From the NCBI RefSeq assembly GCF_033153115.1, contig NW_026889753.1:9920001-9984000 (forward strand): a stretch of 64,000 nt of DNA, read 5' to 3'. The notes below the pieces were generated by a model, which was given only the letters and a program-made list of their open reading frames with translations, had not been told where the DNA came from and did not search any database. Each line of letters begins with the position of its first letter. The stretch's first letter is position 1. Source of the stretch: Saccostrea echinata. Taxonomy: Eukaryota. Position numbers and translations under genes: made by a program. Below are positions 1-11,016 of the stretch, one piece after another.

Positions 1-199
1 TGAAATTGTTTGCCTATGAAATAGCATACACACACTAAAGAGGACAAAAAGGATCATTTTCTCATACTTTAACAAAATTTTTCGATATGAGTGGGTCTTC
101 GCTCCATTTTTTTGAAAGTTGATCTTTTAAAAAAGTTTGCATAAAAATATACATTTTTTGGTTTACAAAAACATGGAGCAAAGACCCACTATACCTTAA

Positions 200-603
200 A
201 GGTACACTTTTATGACAAAGCATTCGCATCTTTCCGAGAAATACTTGAAGTCCATTAAGTCAAGGGTCATATCACAAACATGATTTAAATGCCACTATTC
301 GTCAGGAGCTGCGTGGCGTAGTGGTTAGCGTGTTAGTCTCAAAACAATATGATACTCCGGATTTTTATTGATAGGGGTTCGAATCCCACGAATACCATTT
401 TATTTTTTTTTTATAAAAGAATAATTTTTTCCGTGATCTTTTTTATCAGAAAAGTTTTGTTGATCATAATTTCATAAATTTCAATAATGAGAACTTTATT
501 TTAAATACTTAATTCACAAATTGAATATGATTTTATTAATATCTGAAGTTATAGGCATTCTGCACGCCTTGTTCACCCATCTTCTTTCTTATACTAGTAT
601 ACT
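200..603. mobile_element. Probable TTAA-flanked MITE carrying a tRNA-like segment
   Basis: TTAA at 196-199 and 604-607 with weak terminal inverted repeats (aggtacact / agtatact). Internal A-box TGGCGTAGTGG (~313) and B-box GGTTCGAATCC (~376). Confidence 0.4.
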
Positions 604-1107
604 TTAAGTATGACTCACAAATCGTATGCAATTGTTATTATGAGACAGGGCTTTCAATAAGGGGAGGTAAGAAGCCGTGTCAGTGAGTGATTGGAATTGT
701 CCCTTTAAATTTCATATAATTGGCAAATAAACTGTCGGAAATAATTATAAATCGGTCCCTTCAATTAAATTAATTCACCACTTCACTTCAATATTATTGA
801 AAACCTGTTGATAATAAATTCCTTAGATGTTTTTCCTTAATCTGGAGAATTGACTTTCTCGTTGACAGATGTATATACAGGTAGCAATCATTTAATACCT
901 ATAATTTGAATTATAGTTTAAAATATAGTTGGTATATGTTTACAATATAATTAAATTTAGAACATTTAAGTAAATAAAAAAAATTGCTGATTATTTGCTA
1001 ATACTTGACTGGATTATGTTATGGATATAAATAAATTAGACAATTAATCTAATAAACTATATTTTCTTCTTAGGTGTCCTTTCCTCATTTCATGTACATT
1101 TTAACTA

Positions 1108-1562
1108 TGTGGACAAACACCACCAAATGTTTTCCCATAGACTTCCATACAAAGTTGAGCCACTGTCACTGATTCATATATTCAATTTTGGGCAAATGAC
1201 TTTCTTGCCGTGAAAGTTCGAGATCTTGCAAACAAAAAATGCCAGAAAAAATATACCGTGCCGTTGCACTTTTACTTTCAAATTCCATTTGTTTACAACT
1301 AGGTGCGTTCAGCACCAAATAAAAAATCTCTAACCAAAGTGCACCTCTCCCTTCAGATTTTTACCTGTAACTCCTATATATCTTAAAGAAGCCTAAGTCT
1401 TGATATGAGATTTTTATCACCTTTATTTCACTTGTCAAATACATAACAAGTCTTTTCTCTTAATGACCAATCATGTGCCGTGTAGCATTTTCTTCTCCGC
1501 ACAACTTTGGATGTCCAAAATGTCTGCGCCCATGTATAAGGTTATGTAGGTGTTTTTCCGTG
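1108..1562. mobile_element. ~455 bp TA-flanked MITE (Tc1/mariner-like), copy 1
   Basis: Termini ggacaaacacc / ggtgtttttcc with TA on both sides. A second copy lies in inverted orientation at 9362-10516. Confidence 0.75.
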
Positions 1563-1664
1563 TATACCGAGGTATTGTTTACTTTCAGTTCAAAACGAAA
1601 GAAGAGTAAATGTAAAACCGGATTCTGATCCATATCAAAGGGTAAACTATAACTGGGTCACAAC

Positions 1665-2696
1665 TTCAGGAAAACTGGTTTGGTTTTGTTTACAGCCATA
1701 TTGCTTACCTTTTCGTCTTTACATCTTTAAACTTGATTGTTAAGAGTTTTACCTCATTATTTTGGAGCTATTTCAACATATTTAACTTTAAACACAACGC
1801 GAAGTCAAACACATGTTGCCGGTTCTCCATTTGTAAACAATCTATGTAACTTCCTGTATTGTGTATTCACATACCTTTGTAAAGTCCGCTCTGATTGGCT
1901 TATCGGCGATATGTGAATCCAATAGTTCTATTTGATATAAACTTATCGATTCATTGATTTTCTATTGTTCAATAAAGTATAAAAGGACAGTCTTGTCCTT
2001 TTCTTTTTGGAGTTGTCTGGCAGAACACTCCGTACAGGTACTGTTTTGAACAGCACCTAACTCTTTTTCTGCTACTTTCACTTTACAGTGTATTTTGATA
2101 ACTGAGTCATTGACTCATTCGGAATTTCTTTCCTAAAAAGTTTATTTTCTGAAATAAATTAAATTTCTTATTTGAAATAAATATTTTTGAATTATCTTCC
2201 TTCTTAAAATTATTTAGATATTTTTTGAACATTTTTTGACTTTAGGAGAGCCGAGCAATTATTTATTACAATTTATATCTGGAAAATATTTACATTTTCC
2301 AATTTATTTTGGTGCTTTTTGATAAAGTATTCATATTCATATTTTGAGTATATTTCTATATAAATATTTCATATTATACAATTTTTCCTTTCTGAGAGTT
2401 TCTCTTCTCAATTTTGTGTACATTATTCATATTTTTCCCTCATTTTGTTATTGCATCTTGTTATCATTTTTGTTATCACCTTTACCCATCAAAATCATTT
2501 TTGTTATATAAAATACTGAAATTTAAACCTGACTTATGTTGTTCTTCTCTGTCATAAGCACATCTAGTGATACGATTGTGGTATGTAAGAGAATCATTGC
2601 TCCTGCGCAAAGCTAAGGTATAATCTAGCACGGCCATACGTTTAATAGATTAGTTATCTTGGCTTGCGGGGGCATGAAACCCTCTTCCTTACTACA
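1665..2696 (+). repeat. 5' LTR (~1030 bp)
   Basis: Matches 8990-9361 + 10519-11016 + 12615-12755. Ends ...ctaca. Starts ttcagg versus tgtagg in the 3' copy. CCAAT boxes at ~1894 and ~1919, TATAAAA at 1978-1984. Confidence 0.92.
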
Positions 2697-2699
2697 TTT

Positions 2700-2717
2700 T
2701 GGTGCCGTGACCAGGAT
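2700..2717 (+). promoter_or_regulatory. Primer binding site, tRNA-His-like
   Basis: TGGTGCCGTGACCAGGAT immediately after the LTR end. It differs at 2 positions from TGGTGCCGTGACTCGGAT, the complement of the tRNA-His 3' end. Confidence 0.8.
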
Positions 2718-2729
2718 GTGCTTCTAATT

Positions 2730-4377
2730 ATGACAGGGAGACAACAAGAAATCAGAAAAATGTTCAGGGATGAACTCTTTGTTGATGGGTCTTTACTAGG
2801 TGCTTCAGGAGGGAAAGATTCAAGAAACAGTAAATCTCCTGAAATCCCCTGAAAAAGTCAAACAACAGAATGAAATATTTGAACTTACAGAAACCATTAA
2901 AAATTTGGAAAAGCGCTTACAAGATGCTTTGAAAAGTTCAGAAACTAGTAGAAAAGAAGAAAAGTATTCAGAAACAAAACCAAAAGAACACTTAGATTTT
3001 CATTATGAAGCAAAATATAAACCTTTTGAGTCTCATCTTCACAGTACACCAAAGTTCAGTGACTTCAATAGACCATTATTTTCAGAGTCAAGGGACGTTA
3101 GATCATCATATGATCCAAGGTTTGGGCTAACACAGTCTAGAAACAGAGACAGAGATGAAATGTTTGGTCAAAGAGTAGGGAACACTGGATCAGTATCTGA
3201 TCCATCCTTCTTAGACACATTTGGTAGAGTGGGGTATAGAAATGAAAACCAGGGCCCACGATTAGGGAATGCTGGATCTGCATTTGATCCAACCTTAAAT
3301 GTCTCCTCTCACTTGGGAAGATCTGGGTACACAAATCCAAGGCATGTCACATTTCAAGCTTCAAGCCCAGCATTCTATTTTACCCCAGGTCATACAAACA
3401 GCACACAGACAGATTTTCAATCCAACTGGTATCCCAGTTATTCTGTGCCTACACAAACATATCCACCTACCATGCACAAAGTAGTTGAACCAGACAAGTT
3501 TGACCCTAACACCACAGACTGGACAGACTACATGGCATATTTTGAACACATTGCACCCTGGAATAGGTGGAATGATATTGAGAAAGCACAACGCTTAATC
3601 ATGTGTGAGAGGGTCTGCACAAAAAGTGCTTAGTGAGTTAACATATCATCAGTGTACAGATTACACCACTCTCACACAAATACTCAACCAAAGATTCAAT
3701 CCACAAGAGAGAGAGAGATAGTTGCTCGTTGTGAGTTTAGAAATAGAAAAAGAGAGACAGGTGAGACAGTGGCACAATATTGGTATGCCCTTAAAAGGTT
3801 GGCACAGCGTGCTTTTCCCAAAGAGCCTAATTCTTCTCTAGAAATCCATGTTATCGTCCAATACCTTAATGGATTGGGACATCATGAACTAAAAAAACAC
3901 ATTACTTTTAAACATCCTCAAACCTTAGAGCAGGCCATTTCCTATGCCTCAGAGTTTGAAGCTATTGAAGGGCCTCTAGACAAAATCAGAAAGCCCATAT
4001 GTAGTCCTGAAACTGAAAATTGTGAAAAAGTTCTAGCATTTGAACAAAAGAGCAAGAAAGATGAAGAGACAGAGGATTTAGAGAGTATGTTTTCCAGACT
4101 GTTAGATGAAAAGTTGGAGAAATTATTTAAAGGGAAATTAGAGAGTGAGAGTTACAAGAACAAACCATTTCCTCAAATCCCAAATCAGTGCAAACCATTC
4201 AATAGAGAAAGAGAGAATGATGAGAGAAAATTTGTACGAAACATTGTGTGTGATTATTGTGGGAAAGTTGGCCATGTAGAAAGTAGGTATTACTTCAAAC
4301 AAAGGGATGAGGGTAAATCTCAGAAGAGTACAGAAAAAGTCAGTGCCCTCTCTCACGGTGAAAATTCGGAAAACTAG
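2730..4377 (+). pseudogene. gag: gag (frameshifted)
   Basis: ORFs 2800-3633 and 3652-4377 contain PDKFD...DW.DY..YFE, ETVAQY...L..LA..AFP and P.TLEQAI..A capsid-like motifs, plus a decayed CCHC knuckle CDYCGKVGHVESRY. Confidence 0.85.
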
Positions 4378-4391
4378 ACAGGGCTGGTCTT

Positions 4392-7300
4392 ATGACCGTG
4401 AGCTCAGCCCCTCAATTAGAAAATGAACAAGAAAATCGGTCATCTACACTCAGTGTGAATGATACAGTCAATGATGATAAACCTGCAGAACACAGGGTTA
4501 AAGTGTCAGTAGGCAATGCCTCTAAAGCTCTCTTGTATTTGAGGGTTAATGTTAAACAAAGACTTCTTAATATGTTAATAGACACGGGGAGCCCTTTTTC
4601 CAACATCACTAAAGAACTTTTTGAAATTATTGGTGTTGAGCCCAATAAAACAGATATCAATCTCACCTCTCCAGATGGAAGGGAGATAACTGTTCATGGA
4701 AAAATCAATGTTGATATGGAAATTATGGGAAAGAAAATTTGTCAAGAATTCATTGTTGCAAATTTAGACAATGTAAATATTTTGGGGATGGATTTCCTAA
4801 AATACATTAATGCATCAATCAACATAAAGAAGCAGGTTTTGAAAACATCTTTGGGCCAATTTAAGCTGTTTAAGAGTAACACAAACAGCAGTTTGACGAG
4901 ACTGTATCAGTTCCTCCTAAATCAGAATAGGTTTTTCAAGCATGGGTTGGGACTGATAGAACCTACTAAAAGCCTGTCAAGTAAGGGTCTTTTTCTGGCC
5001 AGGTCTATCTGTGACCCAAGTTTGGGGGCAGTGACTGTATCAGTCCTGAACATCAGAGAGAAGCCTGTAACCCTTGAAAGAGAGAGTATTGTTGGCACCA
5101 TAAGGAGTGTGAGTGAGATAATTAAAGATCCCAGTACATGCACAGATTCTCACACTGACAACTGCACAGACCAAGATTTTCCAGAACATTTAAAACCTCT
5201 GATAGATACAGTTCACCGAAGTTTGACCGAAGAACAACAACTCAGACTCAAACATCTCATTCTTAAATACAAGGACATTTTTCATGAACCTGGAGAAAAG
5301 TTAGGTCAGACCAACATAACAACACACAAAATCAAAACAGGTGAACATCCACCAATCAAAATGCCACTCAGAAGGTACCCAATGGTTCAATCTAATTAAA
5401 ATTAGATGTTCCGAATCCGCTACCGCTTCTCAAACATCTAACAACATCCCATTCGGGGTCACGTCAGAGCGACCTTTTGATTACCCAATGAAATCGCCGT
5501 CGTCGAAATCTTGGCTTATAGTTCGGATGCGTTTCTTTTTTTACTGCCAAACCTAAACGCCCGAGGAGTTTCGTAGTAAACAAAATATGCATGGTTGGTA
5601 AAGACCGTGCTATATGAATGTGACGTGCGGGATATATAGTAGTTTGTGCATTTTTGTTTGCGTTAATCAGGTAAGAATACCAGATTGGCGGACTATAATT
5701 CAATTTATACCAAAATTACTTTAATTCAACGTAAGACAGTCTACTGAGCATCAATAATGTAAAGATGTAGCCGTGAAACTAATTTTAGAATTGTATACAG
5801 AAGGTTGAATCTGATTGACCAAAATTTTTATGTTTATTCATATTTGAAAGGTCGCTCTGACGTGACCCCGAATGGGATGTTGTTAGATGTTTGAGAAGCG
5901 GTAGCGGATTCGGAATATCTAATTTTAATTAGATTGCCAATGGTTCAGAAACAAATCATAGACAAAGAAATTGATAAAATGTTAGAAGATAAAATTATTG
6001 AACCCAGCATTAGCCCATGGTCCGCAAACATATGTTTAGTTAAAAAGAAAGGTGGCACTCCAAGATTTTGCATAGATTTTAGAAAATTAAATTCTGTAAC
6101 ACAAAAAGATGCTTACCCTCTTCCTCGCATTGACGAGACATTAGATACCCTTTCAGGTCAAGCATGGTTTTGTACTCTTGAACTTGCCAGTGGCTATTGG
6201 CAGATCAAGATGAAATAAGAAATCAGAAAATTCATCTTATGAACTTTTAGCTCTACAGGAATCTGATTGTCATCTGGATTGTAATTCTGAACAAACCAAT
6301 CCGACATCAGATATCATTAAAAATCCTCCATAATCTGTAGATCAGTTCAGTAATGCTAAACATTTGGACTGTGATCAGTCTAGCAACCCTTTTAGCTTTT
6401 TCCCATTGGATTTCCATGAAAATCTTCACAATCATGATGAAGAGCCAAACTGGTTAGGTAGTTTTCAGGACAATGAAATTAAAGAGATGCAAAGAAATGA
6501 TTCCATCATTGGCCCTTTCATTGAATATAAATTACAACATCAAAATAAACCAATCAAATCAGAAATGTCAGGGTTTTCAAGAGAAACAAAAATTTTGTTT
6601 TCCCAGACTGAGTGGGACATACTTGAATTCCATAATGAAATCCTTTATCGCAAATACTATAGACAGGATTGTTTGCAAATGGTAGCCCCTACAAAAATTC
6701 AGAGAGACATTTTTGAAAATCTTCATGTTAAAAGGATTGCAGGCCAGTTTGGCATTGAAAGAACTGTTTCATCAATTAAACGTAGGTTTTATTGGCCTAG
6801 AATGGATGAATGTATGAAAAGATGGTGTGAGTCGTGTGACCTTTGTGCTAGATGTAAGCCAGGTCCCGGGGTTGGAAATTTCCCCCTTCAGCAATTTAAG
6901 GTGGGCGCCCCTTTGCAATGCATAGCAATAGATATTGTTGGATCATTACCTGAAACTGTCAATGGAAATTTATACATCATGGTAATAGGGAACTACTATA
7001 CCAAATGGAAAGAAGCCTTTCCAATCCGAGATCATACCGCCCTTACTGTTGCTGATAAATTAGTTACAGAATTCATAGTTCGTTTTGGTTGTCCAGATCA
7101 GATACATACAGACCAGGGGAGAGAATTTGAATCCCATCTTTTCAAACATGTTTGTAATCTTTTAGACATTGAAAAAACAAGAACTACCCCTTATCACCCT
7201 CAATCAGATGGTTTTGTAGAAAGATTCAACAGAATACTTCGACAAATGCTTAGAATTTTTGTTTCAGAAAATATTGACGACTGGGATGATTTACTCCCAT

Positions 7301-7953
7301 TTCTACTCATGGATTATCGTGCTACTGAACACAAGAGCAGTAAATATTCCCCAAATCTCTTGATGTTTGGCAGAGAAATAAACTGTCCGTTGGATGTAAT
7401 AGTAGGGAAGCCACCAAATGCTCCCAATGAAGAATGCCCTATTAAATATGTTGAGTGGTTGAAATATTCTCTTTTAAATGCTTTTGAAAAAGCAAATGTA
7501 AATTTAAAACAATCCGCAAAAAGACAGAAAACTGACCATGATAAAAACGCAAAATTTGGGGAAATTAGTGTGGGAAAATAGGTTTGGAGATGGTATCCTC
7601 CCAGTGCAAATGAAAAGTTAGGGTTAGGTTGGACAGGACCATATTTCATTATCGATAAAATTTCAGATTTGACATATAAAATTCAGAAATCCCCTAATTC
7701 AGAACCAATTTCAGCACACATAGACCATCTAAAACCGTATTTGGGTTTAACAACACCTTCAGCCTGGAATACCCATGACATTAGTGTGGAAGTTTCCACT
7801 CCAACATCAGAAACATCAGAACCAAATACAACTGTACACAATGACTCCTATTCTGACCCTCCTGAAATTGCACTTACCCCACAACAAACTACAGAATTAA
7901 GAAGTAGGGCAGGGCGACTAATAAAGCCAAAGCAAATATTTAGTCCATCTTAA
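4392..7953 (+). pseudogene. pol: pol remnants: aspartic protease, N-terminal RT, integrase; RT C-half and RNase H deleted
   Basis: Protease LIDTGS. RT motifs SPWSANICLVKKK, RFCIDFRKLN, YPLPRID and LASGYWQI. Integrase FYWP..CDLC, IAID, HTDQG and YHPQSDGFVE, followed by a GPY motif. No YxDD or RNase H between ~6218 and 6364. Confidence 0.9.
5388..5936. mobile_element. MITE with ~90 bp TIRs and 9 bp TSD (Mutator-like) inserted in pol
   Basis: TSD CCAATGGTT at 5379-5387 and 5937-5945. TIR caatctaattaaaattagat... Removing it restores RRYPMVQKQIID. Confidence 0.9.
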
Positions 7954-8123
7954 TTAAAGTTCATCATGTTCATGACTGTTTTAACTATGTTGGTTTTTAT
8001 TTTAATCATCACCTAGATACATGTATAATGGATTTGAACAATTTCCAAATACATGTTACATATGTATATAATTAATGTACTATGTCTAATGTCATTGAAT
8101 GTATCTTTATTTTTAAGTTATAG

Positions 8124-8710
8124 ATGGATGTATTACAGCTAGATGTTCCCATGGAGGAGATCCATACTTTGGATGATGATTTAAGACCAGAGTGGAATTC
8201 TGAGGGAATGACCTGCCCTGTGCCTAAGTGTTCCAATAGTAACAAATTTAATACCTTCAGGAGTTTCATGGCTCATTGGACGAAAGTGCATGTTTCCGTA
8301 AAAAACTTAATAAACGTTCTGAATGTAAAAAACTTATCCAAACAAAACATAAGAAGCAACATGAACGCCAACATTCTACAAAAATCGAATTTACTGTAAT
8401 TACCGTCCCTAACAAAGAATACATCGATTCAGAACTAATTCTTCCTCCAAAATTTTCCAAAATTCAAAACATGCCTGAATCTCCAAGAAAAATTGCACAA
8501 CGGAAAAGAAAATATGAAGCAGAGAAAGTCCTTGCAAACACAACCATTTTTTCCGAAAATTTAGATCCAGATTTCAACAATTCCAGAGACGAAAAGCTAT
8601 ATTTCCTTGAAACCAACAACAAAACAATTGTCACCTATCACAAAAACCCACGATGGTACAAAGATGCACCGGTGGAACCCCCAAGAACCAGGCAATCAAT
8701 AAGATATTAA
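8124..8710 (+). pseudogene. Accessory ORF3 of the Gypsy element: C2H2 zinc-finger protein (~195 aa if one A is restored at ~8300-8304)
   Basis: CPVPKC...F.....F..HW...H finger in ORF 8124-8399. Continues in ORF 8276-8710 with (R/C)SECKK...HERQH and a basic RKIAQRKRK stretch. Located between IN and the PPT. Confidence 0.7.
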
Positions 8711-8976
8711 ACATTATTAAGTTGAAGAGACTTTGATGTATTTGAAGTATATTGTTGTTATTTATATACCCATGCAAGTTTTATGATAATGATAATCACT
8801 CATTTTTCTTTTGTTGTAAATAAATACCCGAGTGATTCATGATATCAATTTGATGCAATATTTTTGTATGACTAATATGTAAATGACGTTGAATTTTTTA
8901 TCGGTCATTGTATCATGTATTGTATTTTTTCCTTTGGTGATTATTTAACACACAAATGTTTACACTTTTGTTCCCC

Positions 8977-8989
8977 AAGGAGGGAAGAG
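8977..8989 (+). promoter_or_regulatory. Polypurine tract
   Basis: aaggagggaagag immediately before the TG of the 3' LTR. Confidence 0.8.
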
Positions 8990-9361
8990 TGTAGGAAAAC
9001 TGGTTTTGTTTACAACCAAATTGCTTACCTTTTCATCTTTACATCTTTAAACTTGATTGTTAAGAGTTTTTATCTCATTAATTTGGTGCTATTTCAACAT
9101 TTTTAACTTTAAACACAACGCGAAGTCAAACACACGTTGCCGGTTCTCCATTTGTAAACAATCTATGTAACTTCCTGTGTTGTGTATTCACATACCTTTG
9201 TAAAGTCCGCTCTGATTGGCTAATCGGCATTATGTTAATCCAATAGTTCTGTTTGATATAAACTTATCGATTCATTGATTTTCTATTGTTCAATAAAGTA
9301 TAAAAGGACAGTCTTGTCCTTTTCTTTTTGGAGTTGTCTGGCAGAACACTCCGTACAGGTA

Positions 9362-10516
9362 CAGGAAAAACACCTCCATAACCTTATACATGGGCGCAGA
9401 CATTTTGGACACCCGAAGTTGTGCGGAGAAGAAAATGCTACGTGATTGGTCATTAAGAGAAAAGACTTGTTATGTATCTGACTTATCTCAGCGACATCCG
9501 TAGAGAATAAAAATTTTGGTCTGGTATCTCTACGGATCTCAGACCAGTATCACATAATCTCATTCGGGGTTTCGTTCCCGGAATTCGACCGCTTGTTTCG
9601 ATTACTACGGGCTGAAATGAATTAGCTGTCCGCTTCAAATTTTTGCTTTGGACATCCTTTTAATTCCCTATCACCATAAAACTTTCGTTTCTTACCTCTG
9701 AAAGATTTAAATCCATCAAAATATAAAGTTGTTGATTTTTCATACAATAAGCTATTCGTTTAAACCTCCGATGCTGAAGAGTTCCAGCAATATTCTGCTT
9801 CAAATACTTCGTACTATGGTTCATTTCTATAGGAAAAATTAGTAGAACGAAGTATTTGAAGCAGACTATTGCTGGAACTCTTCAGCATCGGAGGTTTAGA
9901 CGAATAGCTTATTGTATGAAAAATCAACAACTTTTATTACATGTTGATGGATTTAAACCTTTCAGAGGTAAGAAACGAAAGTTTTATGGTGATAGGGAAT
10001 TAAAAGGATGTCCAAAGCAAAATGTTGAAGCGGACAGCTAATTCATTTCAACCCGTATTAATCGAAACAAGCGGTCGAAGTACGGGCACGAAAACCCCGA
10101 ATGAGATTATGTGATACTGGTCTGAGATCCGTAGAGATATCAGACCAAAATTTTTATTCTCTACGGATCTCGCTGAGATTAGTATTTGACAAGTGAAATA
10201 AAGGTGATAAAAATCTCATATCAAGACTTAGGCTTTTTTGAGATATATAGGAGTTACAGGTAAAAGTTTGAAGGGAGGGGTGCACTTTGGTTAGAGATTT
10301 TTTATTTGGTGCTGAACGCACCTAGTTGTAAACAAATGGAATTTGAAAGTAAAAGTGCAACGGCACGGTATATTTTTTCTGGCATGTTTTGTTTTGCAAG
10401 ATCTCGAACTTTCACGGCAAGAAAGTCATTTGCCCAAAATTGAATATATGAATCAGTGACAGTGGCTCAACTTTGTATGGAAGTCTATGGGAAAACATTT
10501 GGTGGTGTTTGTCCTA
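9362..10516. mobile_element. TA-flanked MITE, copy 2 (inverted relative to 1108-1562)
   Basis: Reverse complement of 1108-1562. TA duplication at 9360-61 and 10517-18. Absent from the 5' LTR (empty site ggta|ctgtt). Confidence 0.85.
9483..10181. mobile_element. ~700 bp foldback/palindromic element with 9 bp TSD (MULE/Foldback-like)
   Basis: Arms ~9483-9815 and ~9843-10181 are near-perfect reverse complements. Flanked by gtatctgac / gtatttgac. Confidence 0.85.
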
Positions 10517-11016
10517 TACTGTTTCAGCACCTAACTCTTTTTCTGCTACTTTCACTTTACAGTGTATTTTGATAACTGAGTCATTGACTCATTCGGAATT
10601 TCTTTCCTAAAAAGTTTATTTTCTGAAATAAATTAAATTTCTTATTTGGAATAAATATTTTTGAATTATCTTTCCTCTAAAAATTATTTAGATATTTTTT
10701 GAACATTTTTTGACTTTAGGAGAGCCGGGAAATTATTTATTACAATTTATATCTGGAAAATATTTACATTTTCCAATTTATTTTGGTGCTTTTTGATAAA
10801 GTATTCATATTTTGAGAATAATATTATACAATTTTTTCCTTTCTGAGAGTTTCTTTTCTCAGTTTCGTGTACATTATTCATATTTTCCCCTCATTTTTGT
10901 CATTTTTGTTATTGCATCTTGTTATCATTTTTGTTATCATCTTTACACATCAAAATCATTTTTGTTATATAAAATACTGAAATTTAAACTTGACTTATGT
11001 TGTTCTTCTCTGTCAT

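Noticed and set aside
305-395. tRNA gene
   Set aside because: The A and B boxes are present, but no convincing acceptor stem or anticodon arm could be folded.
8124-8710. env gene
   Set aside because: No signal peptide, furin site/fusion peptide or TM anchor. It has zinc-finger features instead.
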